Shown in pieces: positions 24,001 to 34,564 of a stretch of DNA of 64,000 nt. Within the stretch, counting starts at the first letter, position 1. Each line of letters starts with the position of its first letter. Source of the DNA: Mustelus asterias (Eukaryota). The notes beneath the pieces are model-generated. The model was not told the DNA's origin. It did no database searches and was given only the letters and a program-made list of their open reading frames with translations. A program made the translations under genes and the position numbers. The stretch spans positions 4,960,001 through 5,024,000 of the forward strand of contig NC_135821.1 of the NCBI RefSeq assembly GCF_964213995.1, read 5' to 3'.

Positions 24001-25532
24001 GTTCTCCCCGTGTCTGCAGGGGTTTCCTCTGGGTTCTCCAGTTTCCTCCCACAGTCTGAAAGACGTGCTGGTTAGGATGCATCGGCCGTGCTAAATTCTC
24101 CCTCAGTGTACCCTGAGTGTGGCGACTAAGGGATTTTCACAGTAACTTCATTGCGGTGTTAATGTAGGCCTACTTGTGACACTAATAAATACACTTAAAC
24201 TGCATTTAACACGGGGCAGCAAATGTCATAAATCCAAATACCTTCAATTAATTGGTAGCCATTAGAAAGCTTCCATTTATATATAGCTCTTTGAGCATAA
24301 CACAATGTCCCAGGGCATTTTCTGACAAAGTCTGACACCAAGCCTCATGAAGGGGAGATGGTGGGGCGTAATAATGTCACCTGACTAGTACTCCAGAAGC
24401 CCAGGCTAATTTCTGGGAGCTTGGGTTCAAATCCCACCATGGCAGCTGGAGGATTTAAACATAGAATCATAGAATCCTTATAGTGCAGAAGGAGGCCATT
24501 TAGCCTGCATCGACCACAATCCCACCCAGGCCCAACCCACATAACCCCGCATTTTTACCATGCTAGTCCCTCTGACACTAAGGGGCAATTTAGCATGGCC
24601 AGTCCATCTTAACCTGCACAACAGGTGGCACAATGGTTAGCACTGCTGCCTCACAGTGCCAGGGACCAGGGTTCAATTCCCAGCTTGGGTCACTGTCTGT
24701 GTGGAGTTTGCACGTTCTCCCTGTGTCTGCGTGGGTTTCCTCCGGGTACTCCGGTTTCCTCCCACAGTCCGAAAGACGTGCTGGTTAGGTGCATTGGCCA
24801 TGCTAAATTCTCCCTCAGTGTTACCCGAACAGGTGCCAGAGTGTGGCGACTACGGGAATTTCACAGTAACTTCATTGCAGTGTTAATGTAAGCCTTACTT
24901 GTGACTAATGAATAAACCTTTATCTTTGGACTGTGGGAGGAAACCGGAGCACCCAGAGGAAACCCACGCAGACATGGGGAGAATGTGCAAACTCCACGCA
25001 GACAGTCACCCGAGGCTGGAATTGAACCCGGGTCCTGGCGCTGTGAGGCAGCAGTGCTAACCACTGTGCCACCGTGCCGTTACCAGTGTTGGAATGATGA
25101 AATCAGGGTTCGCCAGAGTTGGAGGAGAGTAAAGATCTCTAAGGGATGGCTTTTTTTTTGTATTGGGACACTCAAGAGTCAGGATCTGGTAATATCTAAC
25201 TAGTTATGAACAATTTTGACCTTGAAATGTGTTTTGTTAATCAACTGGACAATGTAAAAGAATTGGGGCTGGTAACACTAAACCCATCAGCAGGGTCTGG
25301 TAATAGTAAACTGAGGTGGGTCCAGTTGATGAACTGAGCTACAGTATGGAGAGACCGCATTTTCTTTCTGTTCCAGCTATGCGAATTCCTGGAATCGAAC
25401 TACCTGAATGAGCAAATTGAGGCCATCAAGATGTTTGGAGATCACATCACCAACCTGAAGAGACTGGGAGCCCCTGAGAATGGCATGGGGGAGTACCTGT
25501 TTGATAAGCACACCCTGGGGGAGAGCAGTTAA
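14779..25532 (+). CDS. Ferritin gene B, join(14779..15015,21883..22029,22164..22289,25377..25532), 221 aa heavy-type ferritin with putative mitochondrial presequence
   Basis: All introns GT-AG phase 0; open frame to TAA; ferroxidase residues equivalent to human FTH1 E27, Y34, E61, E62, H65, E107, Q141 all present; the only in-frame ATG upstream of the ferritin domain in this ORF is 14779. Confidence 0.9.
15031..16850. repeat. 16-bp minisatellite (CCCAGAGAATCCCAAT)n in gene B intron 1, decaying to about 17480
   Basis: Directly visible; ORF period of 16 aa equals 3 units. Confidence 0.97.
18085..18372 (-). mobile_element. HE1-headed V-SINE with alternative tail (representative)
   Basis: Same head and V domain, tail ...gtggcgactaggggattttcacagtaacttcattgcagtgttaatgtaag...aataaa; copies at 19150-19442, 24625-24918, 45618-46200, 49548-49848 and 57990-58280. 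Confidence 0.82.
18390..20950 (+). mobile_element. Old degraded CR1 ORF2 remnant, broken by SINE insertions
   Basis: Recognisable decayed motifs such as [13 protein letters not shown] near 20130-20175. Confidence 0.65.
21883..22029 (+). CDS. Gene B exon 2 ([49 protein letters not shown])
   Basis: ttttcAG acceptor, GTtagc donor, 147 nt. Confidence 0.96.
22164..22289 (+). CDS. Gene B exon 3 ([42 protein letters not shown])
   Basis: ttctAG acceptor, GTGAGT donor, 126 nt. Confidence 0.96.
22692..23115 (+). repeat. Tandem array of about 52-bp HE1 internal unit (about 8 copies) in gene B intron 3
   Basis: Same unit as 11295-11910. Confidence 0.9.
25377..25532 (+). CDS. Gene B exon 4 ([51 protein letters not shown])
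   Basis: ttccAG acceptor, TAA at 25530-25532. Confidence 0.96.
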   Translation, partial: LCEFLESNYLNEQIEAIKMFGDHITNLKRLGAPENGMGEYLFDKHTLGESS

Positions 25533-25810
25533 GGATGGGTAACATTGGGCCAACCTTGACTCGTTAGAGTCCGGCTGGTGTCTTGTTAGGTCTGCCTTCC
25601 CTAGTTTTTTCTGCAAGCTCATCATTGGCCAGAGAGGGTTCCATTGTTCAGCCGGGCCGTCGATCTTGCTGCCCCGTATGTTACGTTTACCACACTCTTG
25701 TTACCAAAATGGTTGCGGTAATTGCAATGTGGCATTAAAGTGTTCCCATCTGGCAACAGTAATCCACCGGACAAAAGTTCCAGAAAGAACAACTTTGCAA
25801 TCTGTTCCCA

Positions 25811-25816
25811 AATAAA
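25811..25816 (+). terminator. Polyadenylation signal of gene B
   Basis: AATAAA about 280 nt after the stop, followed by T/GT-rich sequence. Confidence 0.65.
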
Positions 25817-26773
25817 AGTTGTTAAACCTTTACTGTTTTGCCTCTTAATGTTGTTCGGATCCACAGGGAAAGACTAGGGTCCCCTTTTCACATAGCGAAT
25901 GTCGCACCAGCCACGTATGATCTCCTAAAAGGTGCTTGTGTGGGTAGCTAGCTTTCCTGGAATTTGGCCAAATGACCAGCCTTTTTGGTGACCCTGCATG
26001 TCTTCTCCTGCCTGTCACTTCTCGACCCAAACAGGGATGCCAGCTTTCCCACAGAAGCTTCAGGATTCCTGGGTCCATCCTTGTCCTCTATTGATGCACT
26101 TCAGACAACTTGCCCGACGTAAAACTGAACTGGAAACCTTCCTGATCGATTATGGCTCTGTCTCACACCTAACAATGTACTCCAGAATTCTTAAAGGAAC
26201 AAGAGCGGGAGGCGATGGCCTAGTGGTATTATGGCTAGACTATTAATCATCCAGAAACTCAGCTAATGCTCTGGGGACCCGGGTTCGAATCCCGCCACGG
26301 CAGATGGTGGAATTTGAATTCAATAAAAAAATCTGGAATTAAGAATCTACAGGTGACCCATTGTCGGAAAAACTCATCTGGTTCACTAATGTCCTTCAGG
26401 GAAGGAAATCTGCCGTCCTTACCTGGTCTGGCCTACATGTGACTCCAGAGCCACAGCAATGTGGTTGACTCTCAACTGCCCTCGGGCAACTCGGGATGGG
26501 GTAATAACTGCTGGCCAGCCAGCGATACCCATGTCCCATGAATGAATTTTTAAAAAAGATGTCTGCCATGACAACTCAAATGACCTACGCTTGTATAAAA
26601 ATCTTTCACAGCCAACTTGGAAATATATCGCCGTTCCTCCACTGGATCAAAACCCTGGAGCTCCCTCCCTAACAGCACTGTGGGTGGATCCAGTTGGTGA
26701 ACTAAGCTACAATATGGAGAGATGAGTAGCTCACCTGATGAAGGAGTGGCGCTCCGAAAGCTCGTGCTACCAA

Positions 26774-26812
26774 ATCGCTTCTCGGCCTTTTGGCTAAGAT
26801 CAAGTGTAGTAT
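26774..26812 (+). pseudogene. RNU2: U2 snRNA 5' fragment (nt 1-39)
   Basis: ATCGCTTCTCGGCCTTTTGGCTAAGATCAAGTGTAGTAT equals the vertebrate U2 5' end including the branch-site pairing GTAGTA; rest of U2 absent. Confidence 0.92.
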
Positions 26813-27112
26813 GGATCGCCTGCACTTGGTTGAGGTCATTAGGTTACACTGAGGCTTCATGTGTTTCATATGAAGCAATTTTTAAAAGCGGCATCTCGGC
26901 CTTTTGGCTAAGATGCAAATGAGCTCAAGTCTTGGAGGAGGATCCTCCCCCTTCTCCAATCAGCTTGACTCATGTAGATCAGGCCCAGGACAGGGTGGTT
27001 TTGGTCTCCCGCCCTGTCTTTGTCAGCCTGGATCTGAAATGTCTCAACTTGTTGAGACTCTGAATTGGATTTGATTTGATTGAATTGGAAAAGTATAAAA
27101 AAAAATAAAAAA
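26774..27112 (+). mobile_element. U2 snRNA-headed, structured, A-tailed retroposed insertion (SINEU-like or U2 chimera)
   Basis: Starts exactly with U2 nt 1-39, has a second U2 piece at 26891-26914, ends in an A tail, and splits a Penelope terminal repeat (ctaccaa|...|cctgttggac). Confidence 0.75.
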
Positions 27113-30100
27113 CACCTGTTGGACTTTAACCTGGTGTTGTAAGACTACTTACTGTGCCTACCCCTGTCCAACGTCGGCAACTCCACATCATGGAGACCAG
27201 GAAAGGAGGGTAGATTTCCTTCCCTAAAGGACACGAGTGAACCAGATGGGTTTTTCTGACAATCAACAATGGGTCATCAGTAGCTCCTTAACTCCAGATA
27301 TTTTTATAGAATTGAAATTCCACCATCTGCCGTGACCGGATTCTAACACAGTCTCCAGCTGGCTGAGGGATGAATTGACCAAGACAACTGGAGAATTCAA
27401 CCACCCTTCTCCCAATGATACCATAGATTTTCTCAAACTGACTTGAGAGATTTGAAATGCAAAACAGCTGTGTGGAAAGTGCAGCATTCCCTCAAAACTG
27501 CACTGGGAGCGTCAGACAAGAGTTACCTCCAGATTGGGCTACAACTAATAAGTGGTGATCATGACCGATATTTTACGACCTCGGGCGAGGCTTGTAAAAT
27601 CCCACCCGAGGCCAGCGGAGAATACCGTTCTGTGAGCCGTGGGGTGGGCGTGGCGGTAAAATTCCAGCACACAGGTTTGAAAAGCAAGAGTTCAACATTA
27701 AAGAAAGTCACCCAGGAGCAATTAGGTTACACCAGTAATACCCAAACTGTATTAAGTGCCCACACAAAAACAGAAAATGCTGGAAAATCTCAGCAAGTCT
27801 GATAGCACCTGTGGAGACAGAATAGAGCCAACATTTCAAGTCTGGATGACCCTTCGTCAGAGCTGTATTAAGTGCCCATTCGTTCAAATTTGTAAATTTG
27901 AACATTATATCTCGGCATGCGTGTGAAGTTTTAAAGTTTAAAGTGTACTTATTAGTGTCACAATTAGGCTTACATTAACACTGCAATGAAGTTACTGTGA
28001 AAATCCCCTAGTCGCCACCACTTCGGCGCCTGTTCGGGTACACTGAGGGAGAATTTAGCACGGTCAATGCACCCCAACCAGCACATCTTTCAGACTGGGA
28101 GGAAACCAGAGCACCCGGAGGAAACCCACGCAGCAAGAACGTGCAAACTCCACACAGACAGTGACCCAAGCCGGGAATTGAACCTGGGTTCCTGGCGCTG
28201 TGAGGCAGCAGTGCTAACCACTGTGCCATTGTAATAGGCTTCATGCTGCGCAATTTTGGTGAAATGTAACTGAACCCCATTTGATTAGTAACCAACCTTT
28301 GACCACCATCTTTGGGCAAGCTCATTTGCACAAGAGATCCATGAATACACAGCGGTAGTGGTAATGTCACGAGACTAGTAATCCAGAGACGAAGCCTCAT
28401 GCTCGGGAACACTGGTTCAATTGTGAAAAAACCATCCAGTTTGCCAACACCTTTTACCAAAGGAAGTTGCCATCCTTATCCAGTCTGCCCTACTCGTGAC
28501 TCCAGACCCACGTCAATGTGGTTGACTCTCAGCCACGACAGTACAAGAGCAATTAAAGATGGGGTTACAAATGTAGTCCTAGCCTGTGACATCCATGGCC
28601 CTTGAAGAAAATGTTGTTAGGGAAATGGCAAGGCTCATAGAATCCTACAATACAGGAGGCCATTCAGCCCATTGAGTCTGTACCAACCACAGTCCCACCC
28701 AAGCCCTATCCCCATAATCCCATGCATTTACCCTAGCTAGTTCCCCTGATACTAAGGGGCAATTTAGCATGGCCAATCCACCTAACCCGCACATCTTTGG
28801 ACTGTGGGAGGAAACCGGAGCACCCGGAGTTTTTAAGTTTATTTATTAGAGTCACAAGTAAGGCTTACGTTAACACTGCAATGAAGTTACTGTGAAAATC
28901 CCCGCCACACTCCGGCGCCTGTTAGGGAACGGTGAGGGAGAACTTAGCATGGTCAATGCACCTAACCAGCACATCTTTGGACTGAGGGAGGAAACCAGAG
29001 CACCCGGAGGAAATCCATGCAGACACGGGGAGAATGTGCAAACTCCGCACAGACAGTGACCCAAGCTCAGAATCGAACCTAGATCTCTGGTACTGTGAGG
29101 CAGCAGTGCTAACCACTGTGCCACCATGCCCCCCCGAGGAAACCCATGCAGACACAGGGAGAACATGCAAACTCCACACAGACAGTGACCCAAGCCAGGA
29201 ATCGAAGCTGGGTCCCTGGCGCTGTGAGGCAGCAGCGCTAACCACTGTGCCACCCACAAACTATTTTGACTGGTGCTGAACTTACTCCTTGGGGAAGGAG
29301 TAGCCAGTCTATTTTTTTCAATTCATTTTTGGGATACGGGCATTGCTGGCTGGCCAGCATTTATTGCCCATCCCTAGTTGCCTGAGGACAGTTAAAAGTC
29401 AACCACATTGCTATGGCTCTGGACTCACACATAGGCCAGACCAGGTAAGGATGGCAGATTTCCTTCCCTAAATAGTGAATCAGATGGGTTTTTCCTGACA
29501 ATGGGTTATCATTTATGCTTAATTCCCGATTTTATTTAATTCAAATTCCACCATCTGCCATAGTGGCACAATGATTAGCACTGCTGCCTTACAGCACCAG
29601 GGTTTGGTTCCTGGCTTGGGTCACTGTGTCGAATTTGCATTCCCCCCGTGTCTGTGGGGTTTCCTCCCGTTGCTCCGGTTTCCTCCCAGTCCAAAGATGT
29701 GCAGGTTCAGTGGATTAGCTATGCTAAATTGCCCCTTAATGTCAGGGGGAACTATAGAATCCTTTCTTTAAAATTTGTTAGTCACAAGTAAGGCTTACAT
29801 TAACACTGCAATGAAGTTACTGTGAAATTTCCCTAGTCGCCACACTCTGGCGCCTGTTCGGGTACACTTAGGGAGAATTTAGCATGGCCAATGCACCCTA
29901 ACCAGCACATCTTTCAGACCTGTGGAAGGAAACCAGAGCACCCCGAGGAAACCCACACAGACACAGGAAGAACATGTAAACTCCACAGTGACACAAGCCA
30001 GGAATTGAACCTGGGTCCCTGGCGTGTGGCTTTTGCTACCAAATAAACCTGTTGGACTTTAACCTGGTGTTGTTAAACTTCTTACTGTGAGACAGCAGTG

Positions 30101-30818
30101 CTAACCACTGTACAGTGCAGAAGGCTATTTGGCCCATCAAGCCCGCACTGACAACAATCCCATCCAGGCCCTATCCCCGTAACCCCACATATTTACCCCC
30201 ACTAATCCCCTGACACTGGGGTCAATTTAGCATGGCCAATCACCTAGTCCACACATTTTTGGACTGTGGGAGGAAACCTATGCAGACACGGGGAGAATTT
30301 GCAAAAGCCTCACAGGCTGGGAATCAAACCACAGTCCCGTGAGGCAGCAATGCTAACCACTGTACCAACTAGCTAGGGTAAATGCATGTGTTATGTGGAT
30401 AGGGCCTGGGTTGGTTTGTGGTCAGTGCAGATTTGCTGGGCCAAATTGCCTCCTTGTGCACTGTAGGATTCCATAAACTCAGGCCTCCACAATATTAGCT
30501 GTGGATTAATAATGCAGTGATAATAGCACTAGGCCGGGACCCTCTATAATACTATAGAGAGTCTAGCTAGAGAGCCAGCATAGGTGTCAGTGGCTAATTG
30601 ATAAACATTTCCACTCTCTAATGCATGAAGTATCACAACATGCACCACCTAATATTCCGTGACACCTATAAGCTCAAATGAAAAAGTTACACCCATGTGT
30701 CAGTGGTGCATGGGAGAATCAGCCTGGAATGTGAAATTAAGGATTCCTTCCCAGAGTTCTGACAAGTAACTGCAATGTTTCGACAAGAAAGGAACACATT
30801 TTTAACACTTGAACAATG

Positions 30819-30824
30819 TTTATT
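30819..30824 (-). terminator. Polyadenylation signal of gene C
   Basis: AATAAA on minus about 220 nt after the stop. Confidence 0.65.
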
Positions 30825-31046
30825 TTCTTAAACCAGTTGTGCCAATTTGATAGAAAAAAAGGTTACATTTCAGAACATGATCTTAACCTTTCCATTTATA
30901 AACTTAATTCACAATCAAGTTAACATCAAAAACTGACTCAAATTCAAAAATGGTAGACAAATAACTGCCACTTGACAACAAGGAAAAGCATCAATAGTAG
31001 AGAAATTGGTGGAAATATAGGCACTGGTTGATCTGTAGGTGGGTGT

Positions 31047-31202
31047 TTAACTGCTCTCTTCCAGAGAGTGCTTGTCAAACAGGTATTCAGCCATGCCATT
31101 CTGGGGAGCACCCAAACGGACCAGGTTGGTGATGAAGTCGCCAAGCTTCTTGATGGCTTGAACCTGCTCATCCAAGTAGTGAGTTTCCAGAAAATCACAC
31201 AT
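31047..31202 (-). CDS. fth1: Gene C exon 4 ([51 protein letters not shown])
   Basis: ttctAG acceptor, TAA at 31049-31047. Confidence 0.96.
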   Translation of the reverse strand: MCDFLETHYLDEQVQAIKKLGDFITNLVRLGAPQNGMAEYLFDKHSLEESS

Positions 31203-33722
31203 CTAGAACAAGAATTTTTTTAAAAAGTGGTTGTTAGCACTGATGATTTTGAAAAAAAAAAATCAGAATTTCTAGAGTGCAAGAGGAGGCCATTTGGCCC
31301 ATCAAGCCTGCACCAACTCCAATAACAATCCTTCCCAGGTAGTATCCCTGTAATTTGACATTTTACCCTGCCAATCCCCTGAAAGGAGCAACTTGTGGCC
31401 AACCCAACCTGCACATCAGATACTATGGGGAAATTCAACATGGCTAATCCATCTAACCTACATACCTTTGACTGGGAGGAAACCCATGCCGACATGGCAG
31501 AACATGCAAGCTACAGTTACCCAGGGCCAGAATTGGATCCCAGATCCCTGGCACTGGGAGGCAGCAGTGCTAACCACTGCCTCAAATTAAATGCTTATTG
31601 TTTAGCTAGTGCAGTATTTAATCAGTCTTTGGCCATCGTAAATTAACATTACAATTAGTTTAGTTTATCTTGGGGGTTAGGTAGTCCATTGAAGAGTAAA
31701 AGTAAAGTTTATTTATTAGTCATAAGTAGGCTTATATTAACCCTGCAAAGTAGTTACTGTGAAAATCCCCTAGTCGCCACACTCTGGCACCTATTCGGGT
31801 CCAGTGTGGGAGATTTTAGCATGACCAGTGACCAATTTAGCATGAATTCATTGCTAGGGACCCAGGTTCAATTCTGGCCTCAGGTCACTGTCTGTGTGGA
31901 GTTTGCACATTCTCCCTGTGGCTGCGCGAGTTTCCTCCGGTTTCCTCCCACAGTCCAAAGATGTGCGGGTTAGGTTGAGTGGCTATGCTAAATTAACCGT
32001 AGTATCAGGGGGATTAGCAGGGTAAATGTGTGGGGTTACAGGAATAGGGTCTGGGTGGGATTGTGGTCAGTGCAGACTCCATGGGCTGAATGGCCTCCTT
32101 CTGTACTGTCGGAATTCTATGACCAATGCACCTAACTAGCATGTCTTACAGACTATGGGAGGAAACCTGGGGAGTCGGTGGAAACCCACGCAGACACGGA
32201 GAACATGCAAACTCCACACAGATAGTGACCCAAGCTGGGAATTGAATCCAGGTCTCTGGAGCAGTGAGGCAGCAGTGCTAACCACCATGCCACCAAATTG
32301 TGAACAAAGTGACTGAGATAGAATCATATAATACCAAGAAGCCATTCAGCCCATCCAGTCCACACCAACCATAATCCCACCCAGGCCCTATCCCCCTACA
32401 TATTTATCTTGCTCATCTGCCTGATGCTCATGGGTAATCAATCCACCCAACCTGCACATCTTTGGACTGTGGGAGGAAACCCACACAGACATGGGGAGAA
32501 TGTGCAAAATCCACACACAGTGAGCTAAGGCCAGAATTGAACCCAGGTCCCTGTGGCACTGTGAGGCAGTGCTAACCACTGCCACCAGATCAGCAACAAA
32601 TCATTTGCAAAATATGAAAAATATTCAGGATTCATAGACTATTCCATCTATCTTCCCACAGGAAAATTCTTGCTGTCAGATGGCAAGGCTAATAAACAGT
32701 AGGCCGGTCCCTTTGTCTCAATATTTTACAGTCCAAAATGATAATTAATACTTGTTAGATAAAAGTCTGCAGTCCACATAGCCTTAACTGAACTGGGGAG
32801 AGAGTTTAAGAGCAGGAGAAAAACTGGCCTTGGGAAGAACAAAGAGGCTGGTACGTACATGTGCATCGACCTTGTCGGAAGCTAGTTTGTGCAGCTCCAG
32901 GAGGGACTGATTCACAGTCTTCTCCAAATGAAGGGCGCATCTCATGGCTTCAAGACCATTACTCCACTCATCCCGGTCAGGTTTCTAGAAGGAAGAGACC
33001 AAAACAAAAAAGTGATTAGATCACAAATTGAGAGAGAGAGAGACAGACAGACAGAGCATATAATTGAGAGAAAGGCAACCCCCTTTGTACTAACCGAGAC
33101 GTCCTGCAGGATAACACGGCCCCCGCGCTGGTTTTGGAATTTCATCAACTTTTCTGCATGTTCCCTCTCCTCGTGCGATTGGTGTTTGAAAAACTTGGCA
33201 AAGTTCTGCAGGGCGACATCATCTCTGTCGAAGTAGGCATACTGGGAGAGGGAGAGAGTTATTAAAGTAGAACCAAAAAAAATTTACAAATTCCTCCAAA
33301 TACCATTGAGATTCTGCTATGAAATTCGAATCTGCTACGAATTAAACTATTTCCTAGAATTGAGATGTTTACCAGCTTAGATCTTAAGAGTGTTTTTAAA
33401 AATAAACTTGAAGAGGGACCACTCCCTTTTATTCACAAAGGCAAAAGCACCAGGAGGTCTGGGTGAAATGGCTTTGTGTCTAAAAGATAAGGGGATTTCT
33501 CGCAAGACCTGACCCCCCCTTTCTCCCAGTCAAAGAGATGAAATTTACCATCTTAGTGTCCTCCGCAACTCAGATTTCTCTCCCTCCCGCCCCAAGAACA
33601 AGCTGCAATTGTAACCTTACCATGGAGATGTAGACATAGGAAGCGTACAGCTCCATGTTGATCTGGCGATTAATTGCTGCTTCGCATTCCTGGTGGTAGT
33701 TCTGGCGGACTTGAAAAGCCAT
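31047..33722 (-). CDS. fth1: Ferritin gene C, complement join(33621..33722,33095..33241,32859..32984,31047..31202), 176 aa ferritin heavy chain (orthology to FTH1 not proven)
   Basis: Four GT-AG phase-0 exons, intact frame, full ferroxidase centre ([12 protein letters not shown]), canonical IRE. Confidence 0.96.
32859..32984 (-). CDS. fth1: Gene C exon 3 ([42 protein letters not shown])
   Basis: ttctAG acceptor, GTacgt donor, 126 nt. Confidence 0.96.
33095..33241 (-). CDS. fth1: Gene C exon 2 ([49 protein letters not shown])
   Basis: cccAG acceptor, GTtagt donor, 147 nt. Confidence 0.96.
33621..33722 (-). CDS. fth1: Gene C exon 1 ([34 protein letters not shown])
   Basis: agaATGg start, GTAAGG donor at 33620. 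Confidence 0.96.
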
Positions 33723-33813
33723 TCTTCTTCCAAATCAGCAAGTTGACAAAACAAGTGTTAAAAAAAAAAGATTTTTTTTTTCAAAACTTAGAAGTAGGAA
33801 GCTGGGGGTTCTA

Positions 33814-33841
33814 TTCCGTTCAAACACTGTTGAAGCAAGAA
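33814..33841 (-). promoter_or_regulatory. Iron-responsive element (IRE) in gene C 5' UTR
   Basis: TTCTTGCTTCAACAGTGTTTGAACGGAA: CAGTGT loop, 5-bp upper stem, ferritin-type UGC/C bulge, cap-proximal. Confidence 0.97.
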
Positions 33842-33878
33842 TACTACCCGGATTCTGAACCAGTCTCGCACCAACACC

Positions 33879-33948
33879 TTTTATATGCTGAACAAGTCAC
33901 CGCCCCCAGCCTTGGACCGCCTTTCATGGATGAGTCAGCACAAATTGG
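33879..33948 (-). promoter_or_regulatory. Gene C promoter: TATA, GC box, ARE/MARE, CCAAT
   Basis: TATAAAA 33885-33879, GGGGGCGG about 33900-33907, ATGAGTCAGCA 33930-33940, CCAAT 33948-33944. Confidence 0.8.
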
Positions 33949-33964
33949 TTAACTCTTACAATGT

Positions 33965-34315
33965 TGTACTACCAAATAAACCTGTTGGACTTCAACCTGG
34001 TGTTGTGAGACTTCTTACTGTGCCCACCCCAGTCCAACACCGGCATCTCCACATCAGGGTTTCACAACACCAGGTTAAAGTCCAACAGTAGCATGAGCTT
34101 TCAGAGTGCTGCTCCTTCATCAGCTGAGTGCAGGATTTGTTTCACAAACAGGGCACATATAGACACAAACTCAATTACAAGATAATCTGTAACCCCCCAC
34201 GACTTGCCTGGGCTTGCAAAATCTCACTGACTGTCCTCTCTCCCACTCACATTGTCTGCACCTGTAAAGACTTGACTACCTGAGCAGACTCGCATTCCAA
34301 CCATTATCTTGTAAG
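33965..34315. mobile_element. Penelope terminal-repeat fragments in inverted arrangement just upstream of the gene C promoter
   Basis: ccaaataaacctgttggact...ctccacatc followed by the inverted copy with a hammerhead-like motif at about 34093-34125. Confidence 0.75.
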
Positions 34316-34364
34316 TTGAGTGCTATGTTGAGTTATGGGAGGAAACCGGAGCACCTGGAGGAAA

Positions 34365-34564
34365 NNNNNNNNNNNNNNNNNNNNNNNNNNNNNNNNNNNN
34401 NNNNNNNNNNNNNNNNNNNNNNNNNNNNNNNNNNNNNNNNNNNNNNNNNNNNNNNNNNNNNNNNNNNNNNNNNNNNNNNNNNNNNNNNNNNNNNNNNNNN
34501 NNNNNNNNNNNNNNNNNNNNNNNNNNNNNNNNNNNNNNNNNNNNNNNNNNNNNNNNNNNNNNNN
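34365..34564. other. Assembly gap
   Basis: Run of 200 N. Confidence 1.

Noticed and set aside
26207-26300. tRNA genes
   Set aside because: A/B boxes are SINE heads that continue into SINE bodies; no complete cloverleaf seen
26774-26960. Functional U2 snRNA gene
   Set aside because: Only nt 1-39 are present; no Sm site or 3' stem-loops, and the upstream flank is a Penelope repeat
30944-31198. 84-aa minus ORF
   Set aside because: Wrong-frame reading of gene C exon 4
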